DNA of 62,891 bases, counting the filler, from Rhabdomonas costata (lineage: Eukaryota): assembly GCA_019059605.1 (NCBI GenBank). It is 36 parts of 36 records of this genome, joined end to end, with 100 filler letters (N's around TTAATTAATTAA, not from the genome) between each part and the next. Parts side by side here need not be neighbours in the genome. Positions count along the whole stretch, not along the records: positions 24,501 to 26,149 come from JAHMHO010011284.1; positions 26,250 to 27,897 come from JAHMHO010011285.1; positions 27,998 to 29,647 come from JAHMHO010011286.1; positions 29,748 to 31,397 come from JAHMHO010011287.1; positions 31,498 to 33,149 come from JAHMHO010011288.1; positions 33,250 to 34,900 come from JAHMHO010011289.1; positions 35,001 to 36,628 come from JAHMHO010011290.1; positions 36,729 to 38,378 come from JAHMHO010011291.1; 28 more parts are not named here. One strand, 5' to 3'. This document shows positions 25,936-38,984 of this stretch, one piece after another; the first letter of the stretch is position 1, and the number at the start of each line of letters is the position of its first letter. A program made the translations under genes and the position numbers. The notes beneath the pieces were generated by a model. The model searched no databases. It had not been told where the DNA came from and saw nothing but the letters and a program-made list of their open reading frames with translations.

Positions 25936-26074
25936 ATGATGAGGCGGGCCTTCACCCCAGTTGTGGTCCGGGGCGTCCGGAGCTTCTTCAACGACGGCTT
26001 CCGGGACAACTCCTCCCTGGAGTCTGTGTACCGTGTGGTCGTCAAGTCTTCCCCCGTCGCGGACAAGCTGCTCG
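25936..26074 (+). CDS. First exon of a probable mitochondrion-targeted protein
   Basis: ATG after an A-rich leader; MMRRAFTPVVVRGVRSFFNDGFRDNSSLESVYRVVVKSSPVADKLL, with an Arg-rich acid-free presequence; ends at G|GTGTGC. Confidence 0.7.
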
Positions 26075-26781
26075 GTGTGCCCCCCGTACACACTACCACG
26101 CTCCACGAACGATCCCACTTCAGCCCCTTCCTCCTGTTTACCCACAACANNNNNNNNNNNNNNNNNNNNNNNNNNNNNNNNNNNNNNNNNNNNTTAATTA
26201 ATTAANNNNNNNNNNNNNNNNNNNNNNNNNNNNNNNNNNNNNNNNNNNNTTGTGGGTTGGCGGCATCACCGTGCAATCTACTACCCCACCCTTGCGCTGG
26301 CAGAGGGGCACGCGCAGTAACTCCAATAGAGGTGTAACACCCTCCAAACCCCAGGCAAATTGCTGGGGGAGGGTACGTCCCCACGTTAAACTTTTGTGCT
26401 ATCTCAGATGGAGCGCAGTATATGAGACTTTTTCAGGAGGATTGTCTTGTGGATTGTCTTCCGGGAGCGCTCCTGTGTTGCCTTTGCGCACACTTTCTTC
26501 CAAGCTGAGAATGTGGCTGCAAACCGGCCTTCCGAAAGTCGCATTCTTTTTTCGGGCATTGTCTTATACTTTTCGGACAAAGTTTTGTTCTTCTTCGAAC
26601 GTTCGAGGTCCTATAAGGACTGCTAAGTTGACCGAGAGCCCGCACGCTTGCTTGATAGTGATCTAAACTTCAATAATAACAACATTTGCAGAGATGTAAA
26701 TGTGTGTGTGCGCGCGCGCACACACGCACACACACACACACTCGCTCGCTCGCTCGCTCGCTCACCATCCCACGTGAACAG

Positions 26782-27620
26782 ATCCACTGGTTTAGCATCG
26801 TGAACTCCTTCATGCTGGTGGTGCTGCTAGCTGCGTTTGTGTTAGCCATCCTCACCCGCACTCTGAGGGCGGACTATCAGCGGTACTCCCAGGAGAAGGA
26901 CTTCGAAGACGAAGACGTACGTCCTGCGAGAGTCTTGCGTGTCTCGCGTCCTCTACCTTGCGTTCCCCTTACCCATCCTTTTTCATGCTGTTCAAGTGAG
27001 AATCAACCCCCACCACCACCACCTTATAGCTGTTGCTACAAACGGAATTCGGTGCTTGCTTCCCCCGTCCGCAACGCCTCCTTTTCCGTTTCCCCGTTTC
27101 TTTCTTTCTCCGCTCCCTGGGGTTGATCGATGGTTATGTTGGCTTGTTTTTTTCTTTGACTTCTTTCCTTTATGTGCCCTTCACTGAACAACTAGCTGTG
27201 TGAATTTAATTTTTGATTGTGTCAGCATGAGTTCCTCGCAGTCCCCCCAACCCCTTTTTTCATGCCTGCACTGCTTATTAACACTGGGATGACTTCGATG
27301 CCGTTTAATGTGGAAAGGGTGTGATTACACAGGTGGGGATACAGGATGATATACAGGTGGGGATAATTTATTCCCCTGTGACGCGATTGTGCGCGCACTT
27401 GTGTCGAACGCACGTGAAGCTTTGCTACACTGTTGTATTGTGCAGGTTTTGTTTCCATTAGAGACGTCCCCCTTTGCTCTTTGTTTCGGGTGAGACGAAA
27501 GAGCAACCACCACGGAAAAACAAACAAACAAAGGAGGAGCTCACCGAGGATAGTGGGTGGAAGCAGTGCCACGCCGATGCCTTCCGAGTGCCCACCCATC
27601 CGTGCCTCTTCTGCGCCGTG
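26782..27620 (+). CDS. TM9SF: Nonaspanin / endomembrane protein 70 (TM9SF), two internal exons
   Basis: Exon 26782-26916 IHWFSIVNSFMLVVLLAAFVLAILTRTLRADYQRY...; exon 27534-27620 EELTEDSGWKQCHADAFRVP...; both are TM9SF signature segments joined by a phase-0 GT-AG intron. Confidence 0.95.
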
Positions 27621-30600
27621 GTGTGGCCTGTGTGTATGCTTCATAATCGACCGTTTTTCTTTTTTGCACTTGCAGTGCGATGGGCGTGCTTGGGGGTCAA
27701 AGGTATGTCCCGAGTTATACGCCCTTTGGGTTCTGTCCCCACGTTTTGTGCGGAACACTGCACCCAGATTCCCCCCCCACTCAAATATCCACTTCTCTCG
27801 AGTCCTGTTTTTCTGAAGTTTGCCCATCCATCTGGCTTCTTTGTATTCGGCATTCATCTCGGGCTTTTCGTCGCCCCGTGCCCATCCCATACCCAAANNN
27901 NNNNNNNNNNNNNNNNNNNNNNNNNNNNNNNNNNNNNNNNNTTAATTAATTAANNNNNNNNNNNNNNNNNNNNNNNNNNNNNNNNNNNNNNNNNNNNGGG
28001 TGCTGCTTGCCCAGGTGCCATTGTCGGGGAGCGGGGCGTGGGCGGACAGCGAAATCGGGGGAGAGTGTACTTTCAGCTTTTCACCCACAAAAACGGAATC
28101 CTATGATGACGCAAATTTTTCCCTCTCTTCCTCAGCTACTCCTCCTTTAAGTTAGAAGCGAATACTTGCGCTGTGCGCACTACTAGGGGTATGGTCTAAA
28201 AGCATGGGTTCTGAGTTTACGATGTAACACGCTATAGGTATATCTGCAAAAAGGTCCTAAATTTTTGCCCTTCTGCACGGTTCCAGTGTAGTGGGGCGGA
28301 CAGCGAGGCTGAGGAAAGGGCAGATCAGGGGGTCTCTGTTCTGCTCTTCACCCAGTGCGCCAAGACTTTTTTACTTAGCACTTTAGTATCTTGGTTGACC
28401 GCTTCTGGCTGAGATGTTGCAGTCGGGGCAGTTGTGGTGGGTGTGGGGGATCTGCTGCAGGGGATGGTGGCCAACGGGAACTTCTCCCAGCTGGCGGCTG
28501 CCTTCTTTGCGCAATTGCTGGGGCAAGACTTGGACGCCCCGATCACCGTGAACGTTCTGAGCATCCTCGAGGGCTTCGGTTTAGTCCCGAATTTCACAAT
28601 TACGGTGACCGAAGGTTTCGCGGATCATCTCCTTTTCTGGCAATCCCCTTCCTGATTAGGGTTTTTGGGCCAAACCTCACCCCTTTCCCATTTGGCCCCT
28701 AGTGCAGCTTGGTATTACTCCCCGCCCCCCTTGTTCGACCAGGAAACCACCGTTTCTATATCAGCCCTTCTGTGGCGAAGCTCATCAGGACCAATTGTGG
28801 ACTGAGCGTCCGGTCCCAGTGGTCGCGGTGGTTTGCAATGGTCAACGCTCTATCGGTCGGTATTAATTGACATGGATTTTCTTCAGTAGGTTTTTCTTCA
28901 CAATTAAAGGTGCCACCTTGTCCCAGGGGACTCGAGCATCGTTTCATAAACCTCCCAATCTTCATAGGAAAGCAACCGAGAACAACCGCCCCGAGAAACT
29001 TGCGCCTGTTGCTTTCTGGAGAAGTTCTCTTCTGTGTCTGTCGGAGGGGAAGCAGCTTCCGTGTTCTATGGTAGGTATACCTATAGTGTGTTTTGGGTTT
29101 TAGCCACCAGCACCACTGTAGTCTCTCCTGATCGCCGAAAAAAAGTGCAACGGCTCTATCATCCCACCACCACCACCACCTGCACCACCTCCACGTTCAG
29201 AAGTGCGACAGTGCACACAGGTGGACGAATGAGGATGGCCAGTTCCCTAAACTTGCCAGTGCGTTGGAAGAGCTTGTCTCCTCTGGCTTGCTGTTGCTGC
29301 AGAGGCGATCCGAAACTTTCTGAACATCACCGCGCCACCGGACGACATGGACAGCAGGCTGAATTCTACGCTAACGAATGGTATTCCCCTCTCCACCAAA
29401 TGGAGCCCAAGCGCCGCCTGCTTGAGATCCTCTCCTTTTTATTCTCATTTTTTTATGCTACTTCGCACAGGTCCCAACCCACAAGGCTTAAAAACTCACG
29501 TGAGCAGTGTGCGTGCGCGCGTTGCAACTTGAGTGCGAGCTATGCGCTGAAAACGTCGTCATCATCTCCTGTCATCTCCTATCTTTTTGTGACGGCTGTA
29601 CTCCTTGACTGAAACCATATTTTGCATCTCCTGTGCTTTGCAAATATNNNNNNNNNNNNNNNNNNNNNNNNNNNNNNNNNNNNNNNNNNNNTTAATTAAT
29701 TAANNNNNNNNNNNNNNNNNNNNNNNNNNNNNNNNNNNNNNNNNNNNGCGCACACTTTTAAGTGATTAAGAGCATTGCAATGGGCATCTCCTGCAATGGG
29801 TTGCCGCTTCCAATCTCGATTAGATTCGACCTTTTTATCTAAAAGGTTCAACTTCTTAATGTCCAACTTGGAAGGTTGTGAATGGGACACAAAAGGCGGT
29901 AACAGGTTTCGTAAAGCCCAAAAAACACTGAGCAGTACAGGCTTTGATTCCCTGAATTCGGCCTCTGCAGCGTATTTTTCCGTGTTGTTTTTTAGCGCCA
30001 GCGGCGATAGTTGTTCCTTCAATCGCGGGTGGGTACACATCGTTTTCATGCCTGGTTTCATGCGGGCGAACGAATCCAACACCACTGGGATGACACACCG
30101 CTGCCGCACAACAAACGTCATCAATGGATGGCGCCGTAAATTGGGCGTGCCCCAATGAACGGGAGCAGAAGCACAGACATGAGCGTCATAGGAGAGCAGG
30201 CAATTTAAATGCAAAGCAGAACACCACACACGTGCCCCCGGGGAAGGTTTCAGGTTACCGCCGGCACCATTACCGCCCATAATCTCGAAGAGGGTGTTTC
30301 TTCCTCTATTGGACGTTGGCCATACGCAAATCCAGGCGAACCGGAAAATACGCATGGAAATCAGCATCGATCCGGATTCATTCCTGATAAGCTGGCACCA
30401 ATAGTTGGCGAGCATTCCTTTCATTCCATTCATTCGTTGGGCATCCATTAAACGGCGCATCCCCGCCGAACCATTTCTTCAGTATCATCTGCTTCCACAT
30501 CCAAGCGCTTGCCACCAAAGCGCCCTTTGACAGAATTTATGAAGTGGTTTTGTTCGCTTTCCACGTCCGGCGGGGTCAAGACGTGCTCCCTTTTGTTGCT

Positions 30601-32251
30601 TCGAGCGGTTGGTCGGCATTGGCGTTCGCCGGCCATATGGTTCCATGCCAGTGGCCCGCCGTTGCCAAAACCCCCACAAAAACGCGTTTTCCTCCTGCCG
30701 AGCTGTGTTCGCCTTTCTCCTTCGTGTGTTTTTTTTTTCTGATTTTTCTCTTCGCGCACCGCGCCGCGGGGAGACCCATGGCAAAACTAAAAGCGAGCAC
30801 GCTGAGCGTGTCCGTGCTATGGTGGGTGGGGCAATCTTACCCCAATGCTCGCACAACTCCCGGTACACCTCGTGCTGGGGTCCAGTGTCAGAGACGCGCG
30901 CATGAAAGGCAATGACCGGCGCGCATGAAAGGCAATGTCTGAAGCCGGTCATTGCCTTTCATGCGCGCGTCTCTGACACGATCGCATTGCAAACACGGGT
31001 GGGGTCATTCCAATGTGATTACCAGATGTAACCGGTCTTTTTTCATTATTTCATTCGAACCTCCTGAAATAATCAAAGCCACAACAAAAAGCCTGTCCTG
31101 AACATCTGTCCTGAATGTCATCCGTTCACGAATTCAAGAAGGGAGGGGTGCCAGGCAATTGTTTTCACACGATTGCTCCGCCGTGCATCGGGAAAGTTGG
31201 CCGAGCTTTCTACGCAAAGATGCTGCAACACAGAACGAGAGAGACACGCCCCACCGACCTAAAGTACCTCTGCCGCCCTCGTACACTGCGTCTCTCCTCA
31301 GGGGAGAGCTCACCCTCCTCCACGCACTCCTGCTCGTAGTGAGCCTCTGCGCCCATCTGATTAACACGACTGTGGATCGTTCCCACACACAGACCTTNNN
31401 NNNNNNNNNNNNNNNNNNNNNNNNNNNNNNNNNNNNNNNNNTTAATTAATTAANNNNNNNNNNNNNNNNNNNNNNNNNNNNNNNNNNNNNNNNNNNNTTT
31501 TATGAAAAGTTTATGTGGTTTTTAAGATTAATAATGATGCATCACAGTATTTTTGAGAGTTTTTACGTGTAAAAGAGACAAGATGTACGAGATCTTATAT
31601 GAGTGTTACAGGTAATACATCATCTTATTCAGGCGTAAAAGGCTTACAGCATGGTGTCTTGCACATCAGAAAATTTAGGGGTGATTTTAAGACACGCCCA
31701 GCGGAACCACACCAGAAACAACGAACTGCCGACAATTTGACACCATCTGTGTCCAAAAAGCTTGTAAGAGTCGCACATGCATCTCACCACGACATCAATT
31801 GCAGAATCTAACAAAAAAGGGGTCAGATTCTAAACAGGTTTGGTGAATTCAAGTGGTAGGTGCCGACAACATTTAAGAAAAGAAGAAAAGCGACCCTTGA
31901 TGAAAGCAGATCCACAGAGAGCCTAGACAAGCAAAAAAGAGAAGCACCTCCATGTGCAAGTCACCACTTTGTGCAAGCAATGTCGGGATACAGTACAATT
32001 CTAGCAGGATACAGAGACATCACCATCTACAGAGGAACTATTTACTTGAAAATAAATAGAAACAAAAATCAGTGTAATATGTGGTTAACTATACCGAAGT
32101 TGTCAAAACACTGCTGTTTTATTTTAACCTTCTATGCAATTTGTGTTGCATGTAAACGTTGTCTGTATTAATGATACAATGCTGCAAAGCTACAAACTAA
32201 TTTAATTTGGCATACCTTTACTTGTACGGCACAGAGAAAAGGGTGAGGAAG

Positions 32252-33088
32252 TCACTGAAAACAACCATCCTTGATGCACAACAGTAGCGAAATGAAAGTG
32301 TCAGAGTCCTTTTCTAAGTTCCTTCGCCACTGAAACTCCTTCACACAGCTCTCTAATTGGTCAGCGGAGCAACCACCACGAGCTCTGAGAAAGGTTTTCA
32401 AGTTTCCACAGGCACCGTCAATACCCTGAGTGGAAACAATCCGGAGTCTGCCTCGAACAGTATGACGACGACAAAACTCTCCCCTATTGTGGTCCACCTG
32501 AGCAATGAAGATACCAAAATACTTACAGACAGAAGTGTAAGCTCTGGCACCATCAGTAAATAGGAGCGTTCCCGTGGCTAGTCTCTCCACAATGGGGCAA
32601 ACATCATTAGCAGAAGGGGGACCAAAGCGGCGATCATCCTGATTTCTGTTAAGCTTCTCGTATTCCCCTACCAAAAGGCGACCAGAGCTCGTCTCAAACA
32701 ACCCACGGAAGTCGCCCTTGAAGTCGGAGTCTCTGCAATGCATGCCATTCCTCTTTCTGCCGATCTCACACTCGTCAGACTCGACCTCCAAGTCCTTTCC
32801 CCCAAACAGTTCAGTCTCCGTGTGCCGAGCTTCCCAGTTCATGACGCAAACACGGAAGCGCTCAGACCAAGTTGCTACAGTAGCAGCACCATAGCCCAGC
32901 ATATGCTCAGCCCTAACACCGGCAGAGTTGTGAGCCCAGAAATAAGCTAGGTGCAGCCACTTCTTCAAGTACAGATGACAACCCTCCAGGATGCCGTCGC
33001 TCTTGCCATATATTTTCCATTTAGGAAATCCGAGCTTGTGCGAAGATGCGACCTTTCTTCCTTGTTTCCTTCCTTTATTCTTCGTGCT
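32252..33088 (-). mobile_element. Merlin / IS1595-family (ISXO2-like) DDE transposase, probably degenerate
   Basis: Intronless; VESDECEIGRKR, LFTDGARAY, VDHNRGEF, STQGIDG and KEFQWRRN match ISXO2-like motifs. The frame extends upstream of the listed ORF to an in-frame TAG near 33089. Confidence 0.85.
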
Positions 33089-36000
33089 CTACGAGCGGAG
33101 TGGGAGCGAAGCGTAGCAAGCAGCATCACCCCCTGATGGTTAGTGGCCCNNNNNNNNNNNNNNNNNNNNNNNNNNNNNNNNNNNNNNNNNNNNTTAATTA
33201 ATTAANNNNNNNNNNNNNNNNNNNNNNNNNNNNNNNNNNNNNNNNNNNNCATTCCTGTTGCTTTGTTTGGAGGAATTCTGGTTATCGCAACACGTACTGC
33301 ATACCTCAGTTCTGCTTTATCTGGCTTATACTTTCTTTGGATCCCGGGGGGCAGCCTTTTCAACACGATGGATGTTGACTTTGAGCCGGAGGCTGATTTC
33401 CATGAAGATGGGCCTTTGCCTTTGTTTCGGGAGCTGCCTGAGACTGAGCAATTGGCGTGCCTACGGGCTTACACCGCGGAGCTTAGCGCCGAGGATAGCG
33501 TGCTTGACCCCCTCGTGGGACATCGTCTGCGGGGGTTCCTAGCCTCAGGTTTGGCAGGTTTAGCCTCAGGCTCCGTCGAACGCACACGAAAATCGTAATC
33601 AGCAACGATCGATCAATCGATCGATGAGACGAAGAAACAGAGGGGTGCCCTGGGTCAACTGCTGTCGCTTTCACTTGACATACTTATCGTGACCCCGGAG
33701 GTGTTACTGACCAGCGGCATATTCTGCAGGTTATAGGCCGCTGATCCAGTCATGTGGATAGTGGATATTTACTCATAGTAGTAAGAACCCCCACAAAGGG
33801 CAAATCCGGCTTCATGAGTAACACCACATTTCATTCCCATTAACCTCCGTCAGAAACATCCGTCGTTCATTAGTGTACTATCGCGACCTGAGTGCTAGGG
33901 AAATGCTTCAGACTGATATAGCAGCTCTGCTGTACAGGTGCCGGGCATGCTTGAATATGTGGCTCAGACCCATCTAATAAGGGACAGTTATCGGCTTCGT
34001 GTCGTTGATTTTCTTTTTTGCGTTTTTTGGATGCTCCAGGTTTACGAGAATTTACTGCAGCATCGCTGAACACACCAACTGAGTTTCCAACCAGCAGTTT
34101 CCCCCTTTTGTTTTATGGAATTATTGGTTTTACCAATAGCAAAAGTTATTGCGTGAATTTCTCGTTCCAACGAACCTTGACAGGGGGATCTGCGGAGGAA
34201 GCACAGCCGCTTCTTGTTGAGAGCTACTCCGGGAATCCGGACACTTGCCGATTGCTGCTGCGCTGCTGCAGGTGCGGTCAGTCATGGCCGTGACACAGAA
34301 TTTGTACTTGGCGGCTGTTGTGTTCGCCTCATTGTACTCGTGATCCCCCCCCTCCAATATTGTAGGTGTGGCACCTTAATATGCATCCAGTTTTGGACAC
34401 GGTTGGACACGGTTTGGTACTGATGCTGCAAGTTTAACTCAAACATTCGTCAAGGGCTGTTGTAGAGGAAGTGATTGAGTTACGTTGGAGCATCGTCCTG
34501 TCTCTTCATCTTGCACTCTCTGATACTTCTGGTGCATCTGATCTGGCATTGCTCTCGTTTTCCCTGAGCTGTTTCCTCGCACCCCTGTGCCGCGGGTGCT
34601 TGTGGGTGTGCAGGCTGGCTGGGATGAGTCCTACAGCCCTGCTGGTACGGTTTGCCCAGCAGGCTGTGCCACGGCACTTCACAGAGCGGGAAGCTGCTGA
34701 AGTCCTTGCTCGCTGCAGCAGCCCGCCGGCGTGGTTGCTTACCCCTCTCCACCCCCCTTCCAGCTTCCACCCGTGGCCCTACCCTGTTCCTGTACCTGTA
34801 CCAAACTCCTCTCCACTTCTTCATGGAGCTTGGGTTGTTAACTTTGAGTGTGGTAAAGTGGTACTTGGATTTTGATCGCCACAAAGTTAACAACCCCAAC
34901 NNNNNNNNNNNNNNNNNNNNNNNNNNNNNNNNNNNNNNNNNNNNTTAATTAATTAANNNNNNNNNNNNNNNNNNNNNNNNNNNNNNNNNNNNNNNNNNNN
35001 TGTGTTAGATGTGTTTGGGGGTGTTTGTTGTTGCATCTTGTAATTTGCGGCAGGGTCCCAAACATCTGAAATGGTTTTATCCCGTCTCACGCACCACACA
35101 AACAACATCAAGTCAGATGTAGACTGAAAGGAGGTGGTGGTTTGCATTATGCCTTCGCGTTGGACCTTTAGAGATTTTACGCCTTAGCGGGCTTCACCAC
35201 CTAGCCCAAGATGATTAATTGTAAGCATGGGACTTAACTAATGCTTATTCCCATAGGTGTACGTGTTCACTTACACTGCCCCCGTTGCACTAAATGTATG
35301 ATGACGGTATAGCCAACACCACTATCAAAACCAAAACTAGGCAATGTTACGCTATAGCAAGCATAACATTAAAGATTAAAGATAGTTAAAGATAGTGGTC
35401 TGGAAAAGTTGCATTCAGGTATGTCACACGCAATTTGACTGTCTATATGCATGTATCCATCCATCCATCAACATAGCATCAAGTCCATGAGGCATCACTG
35501 CTACATCATACTACTGCTTTGGTACCACCGAGATTGCGTGTTTCCACCCAGGACTAGATGCGGTTATACTACCAAGCTTCACCAGAATACTTCAGGGGTC
35601 CATGTTTTGCACTCTAAGTCCTGCCGCTATGGTGCTCACCGAGTTCGCTGGAATTCTTTTTGCTCAGACTGCTCATGTCTAGATGCAATATATTGTTCCA
35701 GATGATAGCCTCTCACTGTGCCACTTCAGTCCCTGCAACCACACCACTCAAGTGGTCCAATTTAAATAACAAAATGACGTAATACCTAAATACCTAAATA
35801 CAATGAAAGAGATATAACTGCAGCTTTTTGACATTCTCTGGGGATTAATAGTGAGGTGATTGTATAGAGTCTTACGTAGACAGTTGCGTTCACTAAAAAT
35901 TACAACTTATCCAAGCAAAATTCAGATGCATACCAACATGCCATCCAGATTCATATACAGAGAGACATATGAAATTTATTCTGCCATGGGCTCCATACCC

Positions 36001-37114
36001 ATGATGATGATACTACTCTGTATTCATAATGTGATGATATACAGCCATTCTGTACGGCGTAGTGCATGCGTATCCTGTGGCATGCATTGATGGTGTTACA
36101 TATTCTTAGAACTAAGTGTATGTGTATATGGTTTAACAACCTGGAGCCAATAATATTACAAATAATAACCAATACATAACCAACATATGAAATAATATTA
36201 CAAAAGCACAGATGGTGGAATGAGGAATGATATTTTAGAACACAAAAGGACCAGTGAGTAGTACTCTATTACTGATACACAGCTTACAATGTGATGCCAG
36301 GCACTGTTTCAATGCTGCACATACGTCTGTGTAGCATATGTGCATGTGTACTCGCGGAATTCGTGATTATTGGCCTGTACCAGCACCCTGTCGTTTCTCC
36401 TCGTTATCCGCATTTCCTCTCAAGAAGTCCTAACGCTACGTTTTAGCATTATTTTACACATAGTAGTTCTCACGCAAAGTCGTCCACTACACATAGGAGT
36501 TCTCTCGCAACGTCGTCCACGAGACCTGCGCTTAGCAGTTCTTCTATATCTTGACACTCGACAATCATATACTCCATTTACGCACACTCAAATATTATTT
36601 CTATTTGAAATTTTTTGAAAACAAAACCNNNNNNNNNNNNNNNNNNNNNNNNNNNNNNNNNNNNNNNNNNNNTTAATTAATTAANNNNNNNNNNNNNNNN
36701 NNNNNNNNNNNNNNNNNNNNNNNNNNNNGGTGTTGGGGACATTGGCCGACATGTTGTTTCGAAACGAAAAACAACGTGGCCATAACCCGCGATGCGACAG
36801 AATGAAAGCGGTCATTTGCGTTCCTACGTTGTGGTGTTTTGTTTGCTTCAGAAAGTCGTTCTTTGTTTCAGCTTCGAAGCGTCGAAACGGGATTTGACTC
36901 GAATTGCGGCTTGAATTACTCGTCCTTGTTTGTTGTGCTGATGGCTGAGGTCTTCGTCGTTGTCGTAGTTTTTCGCCCTGCATACCCCCAGAAATATTGC
37001 AGAAGCAGGAGAGAGGGGTGGATGAGCAACATAGGAAGTCGTCTTGTGAACATTTTGATGATAGTATACGTTTTTTATGCTACGAAGATTGGTTAATGCC
37101 TGTGCATTGGACAG

Positions 37115-37907
37115 ATCAATAGCGTGGCCTTCTCGCCCTGTGGCCAGCACATAGCCACTGCCTCGGACGACAACAGCATCCGGGTGTGGGAGGTTGGGGG
37201 TACACCCCTTACGGAGCTTCGAGGCCACGACAATTGGGTCCTCTGTGCTCAGTTTTCGCCTGATGGCTCGAAGCTTGCGAGTGGCTCCGCTGACCGCTCC
37301 ACATTGCTGTGGGACTGGGCTTCTGGCCAAGTGCTGGCTGTCCTCCAAGGTCACCAGCAAGGGGTCGCCTCTGTGCAGTTTAGTAGTGATGGGGAAAAGG
37401 TAGGCGCCAAAAGCAGCCCCTTTCCGTCGTCACATATGTTTCTTGTGCCGCACCGCGCACCGCGTCCAAATTTATCTCACGAGGGCCTTTTGATTTCCTC
37501 CGGGATTTCACAACATCATGTCGTTTGGTGCCTTTGGCTTCCATTAAAAAGGAATGCTGTGGACTTTTTCGTGTGTGTATTCCTCTCCGCTGCTGCAGAT
37601 TCTGACGGGATCATGGGACTCCACAGCGCGGGTATGGGAAATCAGCACTCGCCAGTGTGAGCGTACTTTTCGTGCCGGGAGCGAGCCCACCCGCCACGCG
37701 GTGTTCGCTATGGATGAGCGTTACGTGGTGACTGCTTGCGACAGTGGCATGATCAGGGTGTGGAGATATTCGGATGGTGGATTAGTCTCCCACCTTTCGA
37801 AGCACTCGTCTTGCGGCGCAACCAGCTGCTCAGTTTGGGGTGAGTATTTGGTCTGCAGCGATTACAACTCGACCGTGCACCTGTTCTTGTTTCCACAGTC
37901 ACAGTGA
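37115..37907 (+). CDS. WD40-repeat protein, last two exons
   Basis: Exon 37115-37399 (INSVAFSPCG...ATASDDNSIRVWE...GHDNWV...ASGSADRSTLLWD...GH), GT-AG intron 37400-37598, exon 37599-37907 (ILTGSWDSTARVWE...) ending in TGA. Confidence 0.93.
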
Positions 37908-38984
37908 GGCAAGACGGTGTTCCAGGAAAAGGTCCCCTGATGTGTGTCGCACCTGGAGTTTTGCAGCTCCTCATTTGGAGCGCAGGATCAGGCGGAGGTG
38001 CTTCATCGGACCTAATTTGTACATTACCCCGGGGAAATAATGGAAAGTCATGTGCAAGGCATTGGATTTCTTGGGCAAGGCGGTCGCTGCTCGTTTATGT
38101 TCAGAGCCATCTGATTTGACCCTCAAAGAACTCCACACGCATTTCACACGTCCTAGGTCTAGTTGCTTTACCCGGCTTGGGCAATGGACAACCTTGCAAC
38201 CAACGACCACCTTTCAATTTGCGCTTGTTCGGTTTTCGGTTGTGGGTTCAAAAGAGATGGTTGTGCGAAGGGATGTGTGTGTGGGGGGTAACCCTCCTCG
38301 CAACGTTCTCGCTTGGGAGGAGGGTTACCCCCCACACACACATCCCTTCGCACAACCATCTCTTTTGAACCCCCAACCNNNNNNNNNNNNNNNNNNNNNN
38401 NNNNNNNNNNNNNNNNNNNNNNTTAATTAATTAANNNNNNNNNNNNNNNNNNNNNNNNNNNNNNNNNNNNNNNNNNNNGGTGGGGGGCATGATTTATTAT
38501 CGGAATGGTTTATACACAGCCTATATCTCCTGCGGAAGGAAGGGAAGGAAGGACGTCAATATGCAGGACATGTGACACTGTGGCGTTTTGATTTTCGGCA
38601 GATTCTTCCAGTCTTTAAAATGGATCGTTTACGGTCTCAGAGTCCTCGAAGTCCACGAAGTACATATTTCGGATCATCTTGTAATAGAAAGATGGATCAG
38701 TAGCCTGAAAATACGAATTAGTGTGTGGGGCGGAGAATATATATTTCACGTTTGGCTTGAAGAAAAAACGGCGAAATGTGATATCAATTGTCGAGCGATG
38801 ACCAAAACTAAACCTCGCACTTCTGCAAAACCACTGTACCCAAGTATCAGGTCATGGTGAACTCTCAGACACCTTTATGTAGAGGCGCACCAAGAGCGCT
38901 CATGGCACGGCGCAATGAAGCACCAAGCTTTGCCGAGCCGCAGCTCGTGGGCAATGCCGCCAAACGATCTGCAACAGCAGGTGC

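Noticed and set aside
38244..38372. Inverted repeat of about 55 bp producing mirror ORFs
   Set aside because: Terminal fold-back whose outer mismatch falls in the primer-like tail; artefact.
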